Assembly (NCBI RefSeq): GCF_036588685.1
Contig: NC_086380.1
Location: forward strand, 44,826,001 to 44,890,000
Source: Mytilus trossulus
Lineage: Eukaryota
Length of the DNA stretch: 64,000 nt
Direction of reading: 5' to 3'
Of this stretch, positions 25,601-37,362 are shown piece by piece; position 1 is the stretch's first letter, and each line of letters starts with the position of its first letter. The translations under genes and the position numbers were made by a program. The notes below the pieces were generated by a model. The model had not been told where the DNA came from. It did not search any database and worked only from the letters and a program-made list of their open reading frames with translations.

Positions 25601-28600
25601 ATATTTATACTAATTTCATGAAATTATGATTAATTTTTTACAACTTTACATAAAAATTTTGTAAATGGGTTCAGAAAGAAACAAAATATCAATCGACCAA
25701 TAGTTCATGCATCTGCCAGCTATAATTCCTACCAGTTAATTTGTGAACGCAGGTACATTTAGAATGACCTAATAATTGTTCTCTTATTTTAGCCATTTCA
25801 CCAACAATTATTTGTATATACTCAAAATCGAAACAATAACGAAGTTTGTATTATACATTGATTAGTGGCGAATCATCTTGCAGACCAAATGTACCATGTA
25901 GGATATAAGCATTTATACTCCACGGGTATGATCATTAGTAACGGCTGTGTTATTAAATTGGTTTTGGTAAAGTCAAGATTTCGAAACCTCAACATCAACC
26001 ATCAACTACACATCCTATGCATGTTTAAAGTGTGAACTAATGCTGTTCTGACGCATCACTGTCATACTTATATCAAGGTTGGACTCTCGCAGAACAGACA
26101 TGTTCAACTATGGGACATTCTACATGTGCCTGTCCAGATTCAGAAGCCTGTCATTCACTGATGGTGTTTGGTCGTTATATATAATGTTTGTATTTCTGTT
26201 TGATGTAGGTTACATAAATAAGGGCGTTGATTTCCTCCTCTGAATTGTTTTACATGTTTGTTAAGTCGGGACCCTTTTGTATTTGAAATGTTTTGGCATT
26301 GTTGATGGACAAAGTGTAACGTATAATTGTTGACACCTATCGTATGAGGTTTCTTGTCGATAGTTGCCTTATTGATAATTATAACGAATATTCCTTAGTT
26401 TTAATGACTGTTTAACGCATTGTTTTATTAAATTTAGCAAAATCATATAGCTTCATAACTTTAAATGGCATATATAAGTATCAAAGTAGAAAATGCATTA
26501 TATGTGGTATGATTGACAATGACACAACTATCAAGAAGAGTTCAAATGACGCAAATAGAAGTCATTTGTGACTTCAACTTATTTTAGTATGGTGTATGTT
26601 CAACCTATTATGCCACTCAAGACTCTCATATAAATAATTTGATTTCATTCGCATTAATTGTCACAAAATCATATTCAATTTTGTTATATTTTCCCCAAAG
26701 GAATAGTGTTACGTCGTTTCTAAATCATACATAGTATTACGAAGTTGAATATGATTTTCATGATCAACCTAAATTTTGTAGTCTCAACAGAGCGAAATGG
26801 GATGGGAGCATAAAAATTCTGACATCTTTGTGCATTAAAATTATTCAACATTTATCAATCAATTATGTTACGAGTTAATCTAACACATATATATAAATCA
26901 ATTCAGCTAGCACGTTTCCTTCACAAATATTGTCACAAAGTTTGACACATTCGCGTAGAGTTGATATACTGCTTGTATTGTTGGGTTGATTTTCCTCATA
27001 ACAATATGATTATATTTCTATTTCAAATTATATAAATTCAAATAAAGCAGCCCCAATGTTGTGTGACACTTAACATTCCTACTTAAGACAATCAACAGAA
27101 AGCTGATATGTCTATTAACACCCGTATCACTGGATGATAAACAACGCGTTAACTATTACATGCTTCATACAGCAATACTTGTAAAAAGTAATAAATGATT
27201 TATCAGAATGTCGAATACAATAACACACATTAACAACTGTTAATTCAGGATTTAATTTTGTCTAAGTGTTGATTCCTCGCGTTATATATCATGTATATAC
27301 GTCTCTTGTAAAACCAATTAATCAAGCATAGTGTAGATTCATTCTATTTCGTGGTATATCAATTTACCTGGACTTTGTTACATTGGAGAAGGTGAATTAT
27401 TCATTTACAAGTTCAATCAGTAGAAATGTATAGGCTTGCGAGCAGCTTTTTGTAGATTCATGAAAAAGATATAGATAACATACAATCCTTTTATCCACAA
27501 AAAGTCTTACCCACGAAAAAAAAATGAATCCAAAGTATAAGATCTCTCAGATGTGAGTAATCGTATGCTCAACATTAAGATAACCAGTTTTATTTGCTAA
27601 TTGAAAATTAAGCGGAATAAATAATTTAAGACAGCAGAGAAGATAATTCTGTTTAATTGGTTATTACTAACCGACTTAGATAAAAGAGTGAGCTATTATT
27701 ACTGTAAATGTATAATGTCTCTAGACTGGTCAAAGGGTCAGAGTGTCCTACTTAATTAAACGATAAATTGTTGAAAGTTTTCACGTGCAGAGAAATTTCT
27801 TTTATGACCAATGCATGACCGGATATCATCTTTCTTATTGGTCAATGGCATTGCGGGTCAGCACGAGTTCACGTATAAGTGAATTGTGGTCACTTCCTTT
27901 TATCATCAGCATTTGATGTGTTATCTTGTGATTCTTTTCAAACAATTTGTTCAAAATTCCCACCCACATACCGCCTTTTATATTATCTTTTGAAGTAGAT
28001 ATGTATATATGTTTATTTATGGGGCAGGTTTTTCTCCCCACCTTTGCTATTCTTTGTCATTTATTCAATTGACATGATATTAGTTGATGTAATTTCGTAG
28101 TAATTACGTATTATTATTTCATATTAAATATGAACTTTTATGTCAAATGTTTTATTTGCAAAATGTATTTTTTGCATTTAATGATTTTGAATAAATGACC
28201 TTTTTTCGTCAGTTTAGTTTTTATATCATATAGCAAATCAAGCTCAGACTCTGGCTTGTGTATACGTAGTATGTTAATGGTATCTAGCTGTCTGTCTTAA
28301 AAAAACAACTATTCATTGCTTTTGTAGATTTCTAAAATACTTTTTGTCATTAACACACTGTCGTTTATAATATTTTTATTGCATAAATTATATAATATAG
28401 TATTGTTCCTTAAAATTTATACATTGCCAATTAAGTATTCAAATTTTAAAATTTCTCATAAGAGATATTTTTCGGACATCTATAATACTAAAATTACGAG
28501 GTCCAATTTGTCAGCCGTCATCACGTAAAAACGACGAATCAAAGAATTCAACTTTATATATAACTAATATAGTACAAAGGTGTAGATTAAAAATTACACC

Positions 28601-31600
28601 ACTCCAGGCCCTTTTGTTTCCCACGTAATTAATATTGCCAATAATTAGGACGTTCCGGGTCGAGTCCGATACCGATACCAACGGTATATTTACCTGTTAC
28701 CTATTACCTTATCTGTACGTTCCGCATCTGACAGGCACAAAACCAAACGGTGTATTCATTATTAATATGCTATATTCACGAGTCGTAATCACGGGGTTGA
28801 CACTACTAAATTGTCAAATTGTAACTTATTGTATTATTTAATCAGTAAGACTTTCTAAGATAACAATACGAATACTAAAAATCTGGACTAAAAATAAGGC
28901 GTGTAGGTACAGTTTTCAATTTGTTAGTGGGCATGACGTAAAACAACGAATCAAAGAATTCAAATTTATTTATAACTAATACTAGGACAATGCTGTTGAT
29001 TAAAAAATTATATTCCATGACAGGACCTTTTGTTTTCCAAATAATCAGTATTACCAATAATTGATTCGACGGGTTAAAACAGAAAGATTTGAAAGCAGAG
29101 AAAACTGTGTATCTTATAATCGGCATGACTTGATCAGATGACAATACGACATGCAATACTAAAATAAGGCTTGCGCATAGTTATATACTTTAAATCAGTC
29201 ACGGACCCGCGATATCACGGGTGTTCTAGTATAATCTATAATTTGAATGGTGACTTTTTTCAAGCAGAAATCTTCTTACATACTCATCATATTTATGTGT
29301 TATAAAGTATTGATCTTTGTCATAACTTAACATTAAAGTAGAATTTTGAATACTAAAAACCGCTTACGAATTGTCATTTTGAATCAAATTAACGTCACTT
29401 GTTTAAGGATCTTCCTTGAAACAATTAACATGTTAATAGATTGTTTATGCACGTATACCATGTAGAGTAATGTTTCTTTCCATTAAAAAATGCATATTGA
29501 CATTTTTATTCTGTTACTGTTCCCATCGAGTTGTTCGTAGACAAACCAAAACTTAAACATCCCACTATAACGAAGCTTATGAAACAAAAAATTCCACAAA
29601 CAACCATAGTGAACTTTCATTATTACAAACAAATTTAGCTTCGCACATTCCATATGGGACTACTATCCGATGATTATCAATTTTTTCCTTTGAATCTTAT
29701 TGATTTTTCGTTTATTGTTTGATAAAAACTTCCTTTAACTTCACCTTATAAATTTAATATCTTCACATGAATTTAGGAAACCTGTAGTAAACATGACGCT
29801 GATTATTTATGTATATCAATAGTCAAAGAGCAGATACAGTCACATTCGTTTACAAAGATTAAGAATGTTTGTTACTGTAAAATGATTTCAATAAATAATA
29901 GTACCTGATAGTTTTAAAGCAGTATTATATTCATGTACGACGTATTGAAATATTACAGGAATTAAAAATTACAGTTATTGTATTATTTTCGTTTCATTAT
30001 AATTCTCAGGAAAGCAATACTTCTAAATAAATAATCGTGCAAGAAATGTATATCAAAACATAATCTGTAAGATTTATCAATGAGTTCTATTTACCTTTAT
30101 AACACGGAAATACAATCCCAGTCTTCTATAAAATGTTTGTTAACGTCATTTAAGACAACGTTGTGTCTGCCTTTAATTTTATGTTAAAAATATCAAAAAG
30201 TAAGACTAGTTTCCTATGAATTCATTGAAACAAGGGACATTTTCGAAACACCTTGTTATCTTTACTTAAATTCACAGCTCCACGTATAATCTTTGAGAGG
30301 TTCTACTTATATGTTTGGCTTACGTTTGAACAGATGACCAGGTCCTCAATATAGCTGAAAACTGCGTTTTAGACATTCTGAATAATTCTTTAAAAAGGGA
30401 TACAGATCAACGTTCTGAACCAACGTCAAAATTAAGTTAGGCAAAACTTTACATTCTCTTTCGAATACAATTGTTTCAATTTTATTGATGATCTCGCTCT
30501 ATGCAAATTTTACATAGGCATATGAATAGCAATCGCTTGTGACTGTTGAATAACATTTTGATTCTATGGAAACATGTAAATAAAGGCAGCAGTAGTATAA
30601 CGCTGTTCGAAATTTGCTGAAATATGAGTTAAGTGGACGTTAGTCCGTCTTTATCATTTAAATGCCTGTAAGATTATCAATCTTTAAGGTTTGGACACTC
30701 AGGATTGAAGGAAATACATAGGAAAATGATTTCATCACGACTTTAAAATAAAAACAACACGGTATATAAACGTCAGAAATAGCATTCAGTTTAGAAAAAA
30801 AACCTACTGGCCGTTAAATAGACGTATGGGAAAAAATAGTTAAAGGCCGGATGAATATATTACATTAAAAGTATAATGTTTAGTTTAGTTTAATTAAGTT
30901 TGTGAATTCTGTCGATTTGAGATGGGTGTGGTAATATAAAATGGAAGGTAGATTCACTGCATACCGCCATCTTTAATTGTACAATAGCAGTACACAGAAG
31001 TTATTTTTCCTAAATTTTCAAAATAGAGATATATTTGCAATTCATGTGTAAGACTGCTCGTTTGTATAAAGATACAAATAATTATAAACAAAATTAAATA
31101 TTTATGTTTTTATAATAAATTTTTCATCTTGCCCCTTCGGGAGATAACTGTTAAAATACAATTAAATACTGTCATAAAAGGGGAATTAATTTTTTTAACT
31201 TGTAGCAAGAAGACAAGTTCCGTGACAGCATATGTCTATTCATTTTCATTTAGCATCTTATAAAACATATCTTCCCATAAATTCTTTCAGATTTCTATCT
31301 CCTACATTTCTTTTAATTCACAAAAATTAGTTTCTTCATGAACAATGTATACACATTTTGGCAATTTTGCAGAACGTAAAGCTTGAAAAATAGCATGGTG
31401 ACCCATATGTCTTATATTATTGAAGAAAGCACGAAGAAATCTTAATTTTGTTTAAGAATAAAAAATATTTTATCCGAGATAATATAAACCGATCATCCAC
31501 CCTTAGGCAGCTTTCTTCAGATAACAATTAACCATTTTCTCATCATTAAAGTTCCGTACAAAACCAAAGTTAATAGAATATAAAATACCGTACAGCTTTT

Positions 31601-33759
31601 TGGTTAAAAAAAATATATGTGAGGTTTTTTTTATGTTTAACCGTATTAGTCTCCCTAGACGAAATATTTTAGTATTAGTTAATTCAATTTTCTATCTGAA
31701 TCTGCGATGAAAAATGTCATTGTGTTTTAACTATAGTTGATAAAGGTTTGTGTTTATTATTTTCTTTCTCTAATAATAAGAGTAATATTCTCATAGAATA
31801 CAGTAGATGACAATTGAAAAGATTTTTGTGTATGATGTTCATGTTTTTAAGAAAGTAAGAATACTTCACAATAGATACTAGGTTAATATTTTTGTAGGAC
31901 ACATGCATATTTCGTAGGCTGTGTTTTACAGCAAACGTTTGTCAGTCTATTAAATTATATTGTCATTACAACATTATGGTTTCGTTATCGTGTAAAGCAG
32001 ATGTTATCTGTAGGATCTGCATTACCGATTGTAGTTAATACACATAAGAAGGTAATCGTAAATGTTCGTAAATGACAACACTGTGTATATTTTTTTTCTA
32101 GATGCCCAACCCATGCATATTGCATACAAATACTTAAAATTAAAATTGATATATAACAGGACCCGGATAGATACATTTTTGCACGTGAATGTTGTATTTG
32201 CTAATTGAGCAACTACATTTTAAATTGTAAAATCTTATGATATAAAAATATAACTCAGTCAGAACGTATTTGCCACATAAAAAGGATGACATTGCGCATT
32301 ACTAAAAATAATTTTTGGAATACGGCATGTATGGTGCTGGCATTAAACGTAAAATACTCTTTCACATAATCGTTTAGGGTTCAGACAAGTGTTTCCACTA
32401 AACAAAAGTTGCAAAGAGCCTCGAATAGCTATATCTCGATTGTAGTTTTGACATCGCTTTTAGAAGATACCCGTCTATGTATCCCATTTTAATTGGCGAT
32501 GTTTAGATTGACGTACGATAACAAGGAATGCCTGTGTTTTAACGAGGTACATTAGGTCACTAAGTTCAAAGTAATGCTCTGTAGCATTATCTTTGATAGA
32601 ATGTTCTCAGCGGCATAAACTGATGTATTTCAGATTTCCCCCCTACTGTTGTACCGTAAAAGCGTGTCATTCGAATGGTAGCTTGTTTCCTTGGCAGCAT
32701 CGATACTTTTAAATTGTATATCTTGCTTCCCAGCCAAACATGTAACATTTAGGATTACACGAAAAGACTGCACAACTTTGAATCATAATAGAGTACGAAT
32801 TGTTATTTTATATACCTTGTGTGCTATCTCACCAAACTTCAACTCAACACACTATTTTGTGCGTATACTTTTACATCTTTCAAGTAATTTAAAAATGGCT
32901 AGACGAGAAAAAGTTGATTTGTAGCCTTATAAATTCCTGTTTTAAGTCTGAATCAAATAAAGGCAACAGTAGTATACCGCTGTTCAAAACTCGTAAATCG
33001 ATGGACAAAAAACAAAATCGGACGAACAAACTAAAACTGAGGGAAACGTTCTAAATATAAGAGGAGAACAATGACACAATAGATAAATGTAACACACACA
33101 GAAACGGACTAAGCATTAGACAAAATCCGATGAGAATAACAAATATAACATCAAAACCAAATACATAAATTTGGGATAGAAAAGTGCTGTGACACGTCTT
33201 ATGTGAATTCACACTCAAATATAAGAGAAACCAAACGACACAACAGAAACACAACGTTTCAATGTAACCCATACAGAAACAAACTATAATGTAACAATGG
33301 CCATATTCCTGACTTGGTACAGGAAATTTTAAAAGAAATAAATGGTGGGTTGAACCTTGTTTTGTAGCATGCCAAACCTCGCAATTTGACGGCAATGTTA
33401 AATATAACATTAAAATGACAACATACCATTACTGGACTACAATACAAATAAATCAAAATCAAAGTTGACAAAATTGGAAAATGTATTTTATTAAAGTTCG
33501 AAGTTTTACTGAACGCATGAAAATACAAATTAAAGCCGGAATGGCATGTGTTTACGTGATAAGATAAGTTAAGAAATTTTAACTTACCAATTGTTAATAA
33601 ATAAACTGCTACAACATAATCTTCCCATGTATGCAGCTTAGAAATGAGAGCTGTATTATCTCCAAACAAAGTTACGTTTTGATTCATAAGAATATCATGG
33701 ATCGTGCAGTTTGATTTGTACGGACAAATGTGCACTTGCTGAATTCCGATCTCTTCCAT
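4424..33759 (-). CDS. OPN5: Opsin gene, Opn5/neuropsin-like, 5 coding exons, 344 aa: join(33588..33759, 8625..8807, 7924..8031, 5812..6128, 4424..4678)
   Basis: Exons of 172+183+108+317+255 nt sum to 1035 nt in one frame, with GT..AG introns of phases 1,1,1,0. The 7TM protein has SKLHTWEDYVVAVYLLTIGILST (Opn5-like N-terminus/TM1), C110-x-x-Y113, YGPEPYGTSCTLAW (E181 equivalent), WSPYAVVS, LFAK(296)LS and NPLIY..NKKFR. Opsin identity is firm; the subfamily is inferred. Confidence 0.9.
5812..6128 (-). CDS. Opsin exon 4 (TM4 to ICL3)
   Basis: Acceptor TTTTAG|CT; encodes AQKILLHTKFSIVGIYCYATFWAFLPVFGIGAYGPEPYGTSCTLAW...DSYLIK; donor AAG|GTAAC is phase 0. Confidence 0.92.
7924..8031 (-). CDS. Opsin exon 3 (TM3; absent from ORF track)
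   Basis: Acceptor TTTCAG|TT; encodes LCAAYGFIGFFCGVVSIASLAAISYARYIKVCGVKH; donor G|GTGAGT. Confidence 0.92.
8625..8807 (-). CDS. Opsin exon 2 (TM1 to ECL1)
   Basis: Acceptor TTTATAG|GT; encodes GILSTVLNGLVL...NLAIIDL...HQWIIGEF; donor C|GTAAGT. Confidence 0.92.
8975..9018 (-). ncRNA. Type I hammerhead with intact core, sense to the opsin pre-mRNA
   Basis: Minus strand reads GCGTCA CTGATGA GTCT TGTGT AGAC GAAA CACGCG TC TGGCGT. Confidence 0.75.
9154..9744. mobile_element. Dispersed repeat family B (AAAATTGAGAATGGAAATGGGGAATGTGTCAAAGAGACAAC...) inserted in a retrozyme
   Basis: Splits a continuous retrozyme sequence, with a possible TAT duplication; copies at ~35255-35430, 36180-36912, 37097-37300 and 49900-50010. 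Confidence 0.8.
11040..11245 (+). repeat. Decayed retrozyme fragment
   Basis: TAAGGATTTTC...GGTCCTCAATG...TTCAACTTTGTA...CCTGGTATCTTTGAT; hammerhead core degenerate. Confidence 0.6.
11815..12060. repeat. Degenerate ~57-bp tandem repeat
   Basis: Recurrent GAAATATCTTAATGTTTCTAAGAC motif at ~11884, 11941 and 11998. Confidence 0.6.
13155..13495 (+). repeat. Local duplication, partner at ~16180-16560
   Basis: Shared TTGAACCCGC...CACAGTGGTTGTCTTTTTAATA...GCGGTAAAGATAACTGTC...AACCATAAATAT; 15970-16180 also resembles 16580-16780. Confidence 0.75.
16985..17235 (-). repeat. Dispersed repeat family D (AAATAAAGGCAACAGTAGTATACCGCTGTTC...)
   Basis: Reverse complement of 32955-33200; fragments at 30578 and 43630-43800. 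Confidence 0.75.
19273..20478. mobile_element. Helentron-type non-autonomous element (HINE-like)
   Basis: Left end has hairpin CAATTGTTC-AGA-GAACAATTG plus AGGTCTTTCCAC. Right end has a 13-bp hairpin TAGGTCTTTCCAC-AGAAAA-GTGGAAAGACCTA (20444-20475). Internal TGACCTTG repeats and an A-rich tract. Confidence 0.65.
22795..22838 (+). ncRNA. Type I hammerhead with intact core (antisense to opsin)
   Basis: GCGTCA CTGATGA GTCTT ATG AAGAC GAAA CGCGCG TC TGGCGT. Confidence 0.78.
22850..23204 (+). mobile_element. 3' fragment of a Penelope-like element
   Basis: Nearly identical to the reverse complement of 61878-62250; flanked by duplicated TTATA (22845-22849 and 23205-23209). Confidence 0.8.
28479..29229 (+). 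mobile_element. Non-autonomous Helitron
   Basis: A|TC start, subterminal hairpin ACCCGCGATATCACGGGT (29205-29222), CTAG|T end, no TSD; internal repeats of CGTAAAA...CGAATCAAAGAATTCAA. Confidence 0.8.
32955..33475 (+). repeat. Dispersed repeat family D, longer copy near the opsin exon 1 donor
   Basis: Matches 16985-17235; shares the ATTCCTGACTTGGTACAGG motif with 36143. Confidence 0.75.
33588..33759 (-). CDS. Opsin exon 1 (N-terminus and start of TM1)
   Basis: ATG at 33759; encodes ...SKLHTWEDYVVAVYLLTI; donor ATT G|GTAAGT is phase 1 and joins in frame to exon 2. Confidence 0.85.
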
Positions 33760-33762
33760 AAT

Positions 33763-33840
33763 TCATTTACACAACGAAGATGCATGATTAAGATCATACA
33801 TTTTTGTTAATTTCCTGGCATCTGAATTTGTTAATGTCAT
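33763..33840 (-). promoter_or_regulatory. Candidate in-frame upstream ORF (25 codons) before the opsin ATG
   Basis: ATG ACA TTA...TGT AAA TGA ATT ATG: same frame as the opsin, with the stop one codon before the main ATG. Confidence 0.4.
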
Positions 33841-34669
33841 TTCAAAGATTTTCGTAAAATTGACAATTAATTTCCGACTATGTTAAAATCATATAATCAG
33901 CGTTATCACCAATGGACAAATCCGATATGAAACTGATTACTTCACGTCGTTCATTTTCAATATATATACATGATAGTATATTTTAGAGGAAAGTCAAACT
34001 GTGATTGGCTTAATTTTCTGAGATTAATGTGGAAAGAGAATTGAATGAATGAAATGATCTCTCTCCGTGACTTTTTATTTTTTATCCTATTACCCAAGCG
34101 TGATATTGAGATTGAATTATCTTTTGCATTAGAGGACGAGGTCAATTAGAGGCAACATCAGTAAAGCGATGTACAAATCTCATAAAGAGATACAAATAAG
34201 GTGAAAACAATTAATAACCCAGGGAATCATATGAATTCAAGAAAGAACGAGACTGTAAGGATAAGCGTTATAAACTGATAAAACTTTTTTCTCAGATTTT
34301 GTTGTTGTCAGTTCTTTAGTATATGCATTATTTGCATTATTTGGTATTATTACATTGCAAGATTTTCAAAACTTTAAAGGATTTTATACGATTTCCTAAA
34401 TATTTAACTAATTTGAAGATGTATTATGCTAAAAGAAGGTAATGGAATTTCCTTGGAGTTCGGTTTTTTTATTTTACTTTTTTTGTGACAATTTCTTGTT
34501 GACCTTCTTAGTCTAATTGAAGTTTTGATTTTTTTTTCATAAGCGTTAAGAATACATTTATCTTACAGGACTTACAATATTTCCTTCTAGTATGTATAAA
34601 CATGGGAAGATATTGTATAATTGCCAAAGAGAATATATTCCTCCGGGGACTAAATGACATAGCAACTAA

Positions 34670-35050
34670 CAACTATAATTACACCTTATCTAAGAATGCT
34701 GGACTTTGATTGGTTGATAGCCAGTGTATTTTTCACCAATTAACTTTTGAATATCGTTCATTTTTTAACGGCGCCGGGGTATATGGAAAAAGGATATGCC
34801 TTTTTTACCCTCTCTGTCGTGGTATTTGCCAAAATATACTCTATCCGACTGGACGCTTGTAACGTCACGATCATCAGTGCGTTTTTCTACGTTAACATTT
34901 GATGTAATTTAACAGATATATCATGTTAAGGAGGGGTATTTGCAAAAAATACCCGTCTTGAGAATGAATTTCCATCCCCTTGCGGCTTATCATTCTCTCG
35001 ACTGGCATTTTCTGCAACTACACCTCCTCAACATGATACATTTGTATATC
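34670..35050. mobile_element. Unclassified element with a long terminal imperfect inverted repeat
   Basis: 34910-34960 pairs with 34990-35048; architecture resembles 63228-63726. Confidence 0.45.
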
Positions 35051-35544
35051 CGTTCATAAGTCATCGTACGGTATTTTATCATGTGCTTAACCAAAACTGC
35101 ATAGTCAGATATAAAAGGCCTCAGAAATGAGAAATGAAAAACAATTCAAAAGACAAAAGTAACGAACACCGTTTTAAAAGCACTTAAATTACTGAATTCT
35201 AGTTCAAAAAGAAATACCGACCATTCATGTGTATAATTCGGAGTCTAGTATGACGTCAATTATCTCTGAACTAGTATACATATTTGTTAAGGGGCCAGCT
35301 GAAGGACTCCTCTGGGTGCGGGAGGTTCTCGCTGCATTGAAGACCCATTGGTGGCCTTCCGCTGTTGTCTGCTCTATTGCCGGGTTGTTGTCTCTTTGAC
35401 ACATTTCCCATTTTCATTTTTAATTTTTTTAAATCATGTTTCTAAGACTAAACGATACATTAAAACATAACATTCAGGGGACTTAGTGGAAAGGCGTAAT
35501 AAACAGTCAGAGAAAAACATGAAATTGTGAATAATCAATACAAA

Positions 35545-35900
35545 TAAAAAGTAAAACCACAAAATACTGAAATCCGAGTAATATTCAAAACGGAAGGTTC
35601 CAATAAAATGGCAAAATCTAAGGATAAAACACATCAAACGAATGGACAACGACTGTCATATTCCTTACTTGGCACAGGCATTTTTAAATGTAGGAAATGG
35701 TGGATTGAACCTGGTTTGGAAGCGCTTAATCTCTCGCTTGTACCACAGTCGTGTCAAATTTGATAATATTGATAATGATGCGTGCACAAAACAAACAGAC
35801 ACAATCGGTAAAAATGCCATAAATAAAGGAAAAAAAGTCTTGAATCGGTATGTCACATTCGTGAAAAGGGAACAATATTGTAGATACGACATAAGAAACA
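35545..35900 (+). repeat. Dispersed repeat family E (AAAGTAAAA..ACAAAA.TACTGAA.TCCGAG...)
   Basis: Copies at 62261-62338, 43000-43078 (-) and 34445-34485 (-). Confidence 0.65.
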
Positions 35901-36078
35901 TATCCTATATCATCTATAAAACAGATATTCCATAACGGTGAACCAACTCGTCATGGCGTCCGTACCATTTACGAAGCGATGATTTCAGCTTCCCAAAACT
36001 TCACTATTGGGAAGCCGAAATCATCTCTTTCGTCGCAAAGTTTGTTTTCAACCGACTCTCATAGGATATTTCTAGATA
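35900..36078 (-). mobile_element. Internally deleted Penelope-like fragment
   Basis: TTCCATAACGG..AACCAACTCGT.ATGGCGTCCGTA..TTTACGAAG and AAATCATCTCTTT.GTCG match parts of 62220-62610. Confidence 0.7.
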
Positions 36079-36179
36079 TAAATTCTAATCAAGTGGCAAA
36101 TTCAAGTGCTCAAACATATCAAACGAAGGGCAAAAACTGTCATATTCCTGACTTGGTACAGGCATTTCGGCGGGCCTAG

Positions 36180-37362
36180 ACATGTTTTTTTTAAATTCAA
36201 ACCCTCCCCTCTACCTAGCTAATGTAGAAAAAACAAACGCACAAATGTACGCACAGTAAAACTCAGTTTAAGAGAAGTCCGATTCCGATGTCAGAATATG
36301 AAACAAAAGAAAATAAACAAAATGACAATAATACATAAATAACAACAGATTACTAGCAGTTCCTGACATGCCAGCTCCAGACCTCAATTAAAGGTTTTGT
36401 AAGCTTTTGACATTTTTGTGCTTTGTAAAGAACATTACCATAAAAGATTGGATGTGCAATAAAATTGAGAATGGAAATGGGGACTGTGTCAAAGAGACAA
36501 CAACCCGACCGTAGAAACACAAAGAAGGTCACCAACCGGTCTTTAATGTAACGATAAATTTCCGCACCCGGAGGCGTCCTTCAGCTGGCCCCTAAACCAC
36601 CATATACTAGCTAGTTCAGTGATCATGAACGCCATACTAGTTTCCAAATTGTACACAAGAAACTAAAATTATAATTATACAAGACTTACAAAGGCCAGAG
36701 GCTCCTGACTTGGGACAGGCGCAAAAATGCGGCGGGGTTAAACATGTTTGTGAGATCTCAACCCTCCCCTATACCTCTAGCCAATGAAGAAAATTAAACG
36801 CATAACAATACGAAACATTAAAATTCAGTTCATGAGAAGTCCGAGTCTGATGTCAGAAGATGTAACCAAAGAAAATAAACAAAATGACAATAACACATAA
36901 ATAACAACAGACAAAGTTTTAATCCTTAAATCTAAAATCAAATAATATCAACCAATAGAACATTTAAGAAACAACTTAAATATTCAATGATACATACATA
37001 TAAACTATTAAAAAAAATTACTAAATTTTATCATCGTTATAAGGAAACCATTCGTATATACAACTTAACATGCAAACATCTTATCCGTTCAGGTATATGA
37101 TGATATCATAATCTTTCAGTCAGTTTAATTGAAGTCTGGAGCTGGCATGTCAGTTAACTGCTAGTAGTCTGTTGTTATTTATGTGTTATTGTCATTTTGT
37201 TTATTTTCTTTGGTTACATCTTCTGACATCTTCCGACGTTTCTACGGTCGGGTTGTTGTCTCTTTGATACAGTCCCCATTTCCATTCTCAATTTTATTGC
37301 GCATCCAATCTTTTATGGTAATGTTCTTTACAAAGCACAAAAATGTCAAAAGCTTACAAAAA
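36180..37362. repeat. Nested inverted duplication of family B and Penelope-like RT C-terminal fragments
   Basis: 36394-36515 is the reverse complement of 37240-37362; 36849-36912 is the reverse complement of 37167-37231; 37000-37097 reads TKFYHRYK...CKHLIRSGI. Confidence 0.75.

Noticed and set aside
33259-33587. C-terminal part of the 166-aa ORF
   Set aside because: Read-through past a consensus donor into the intron and repeat family D.
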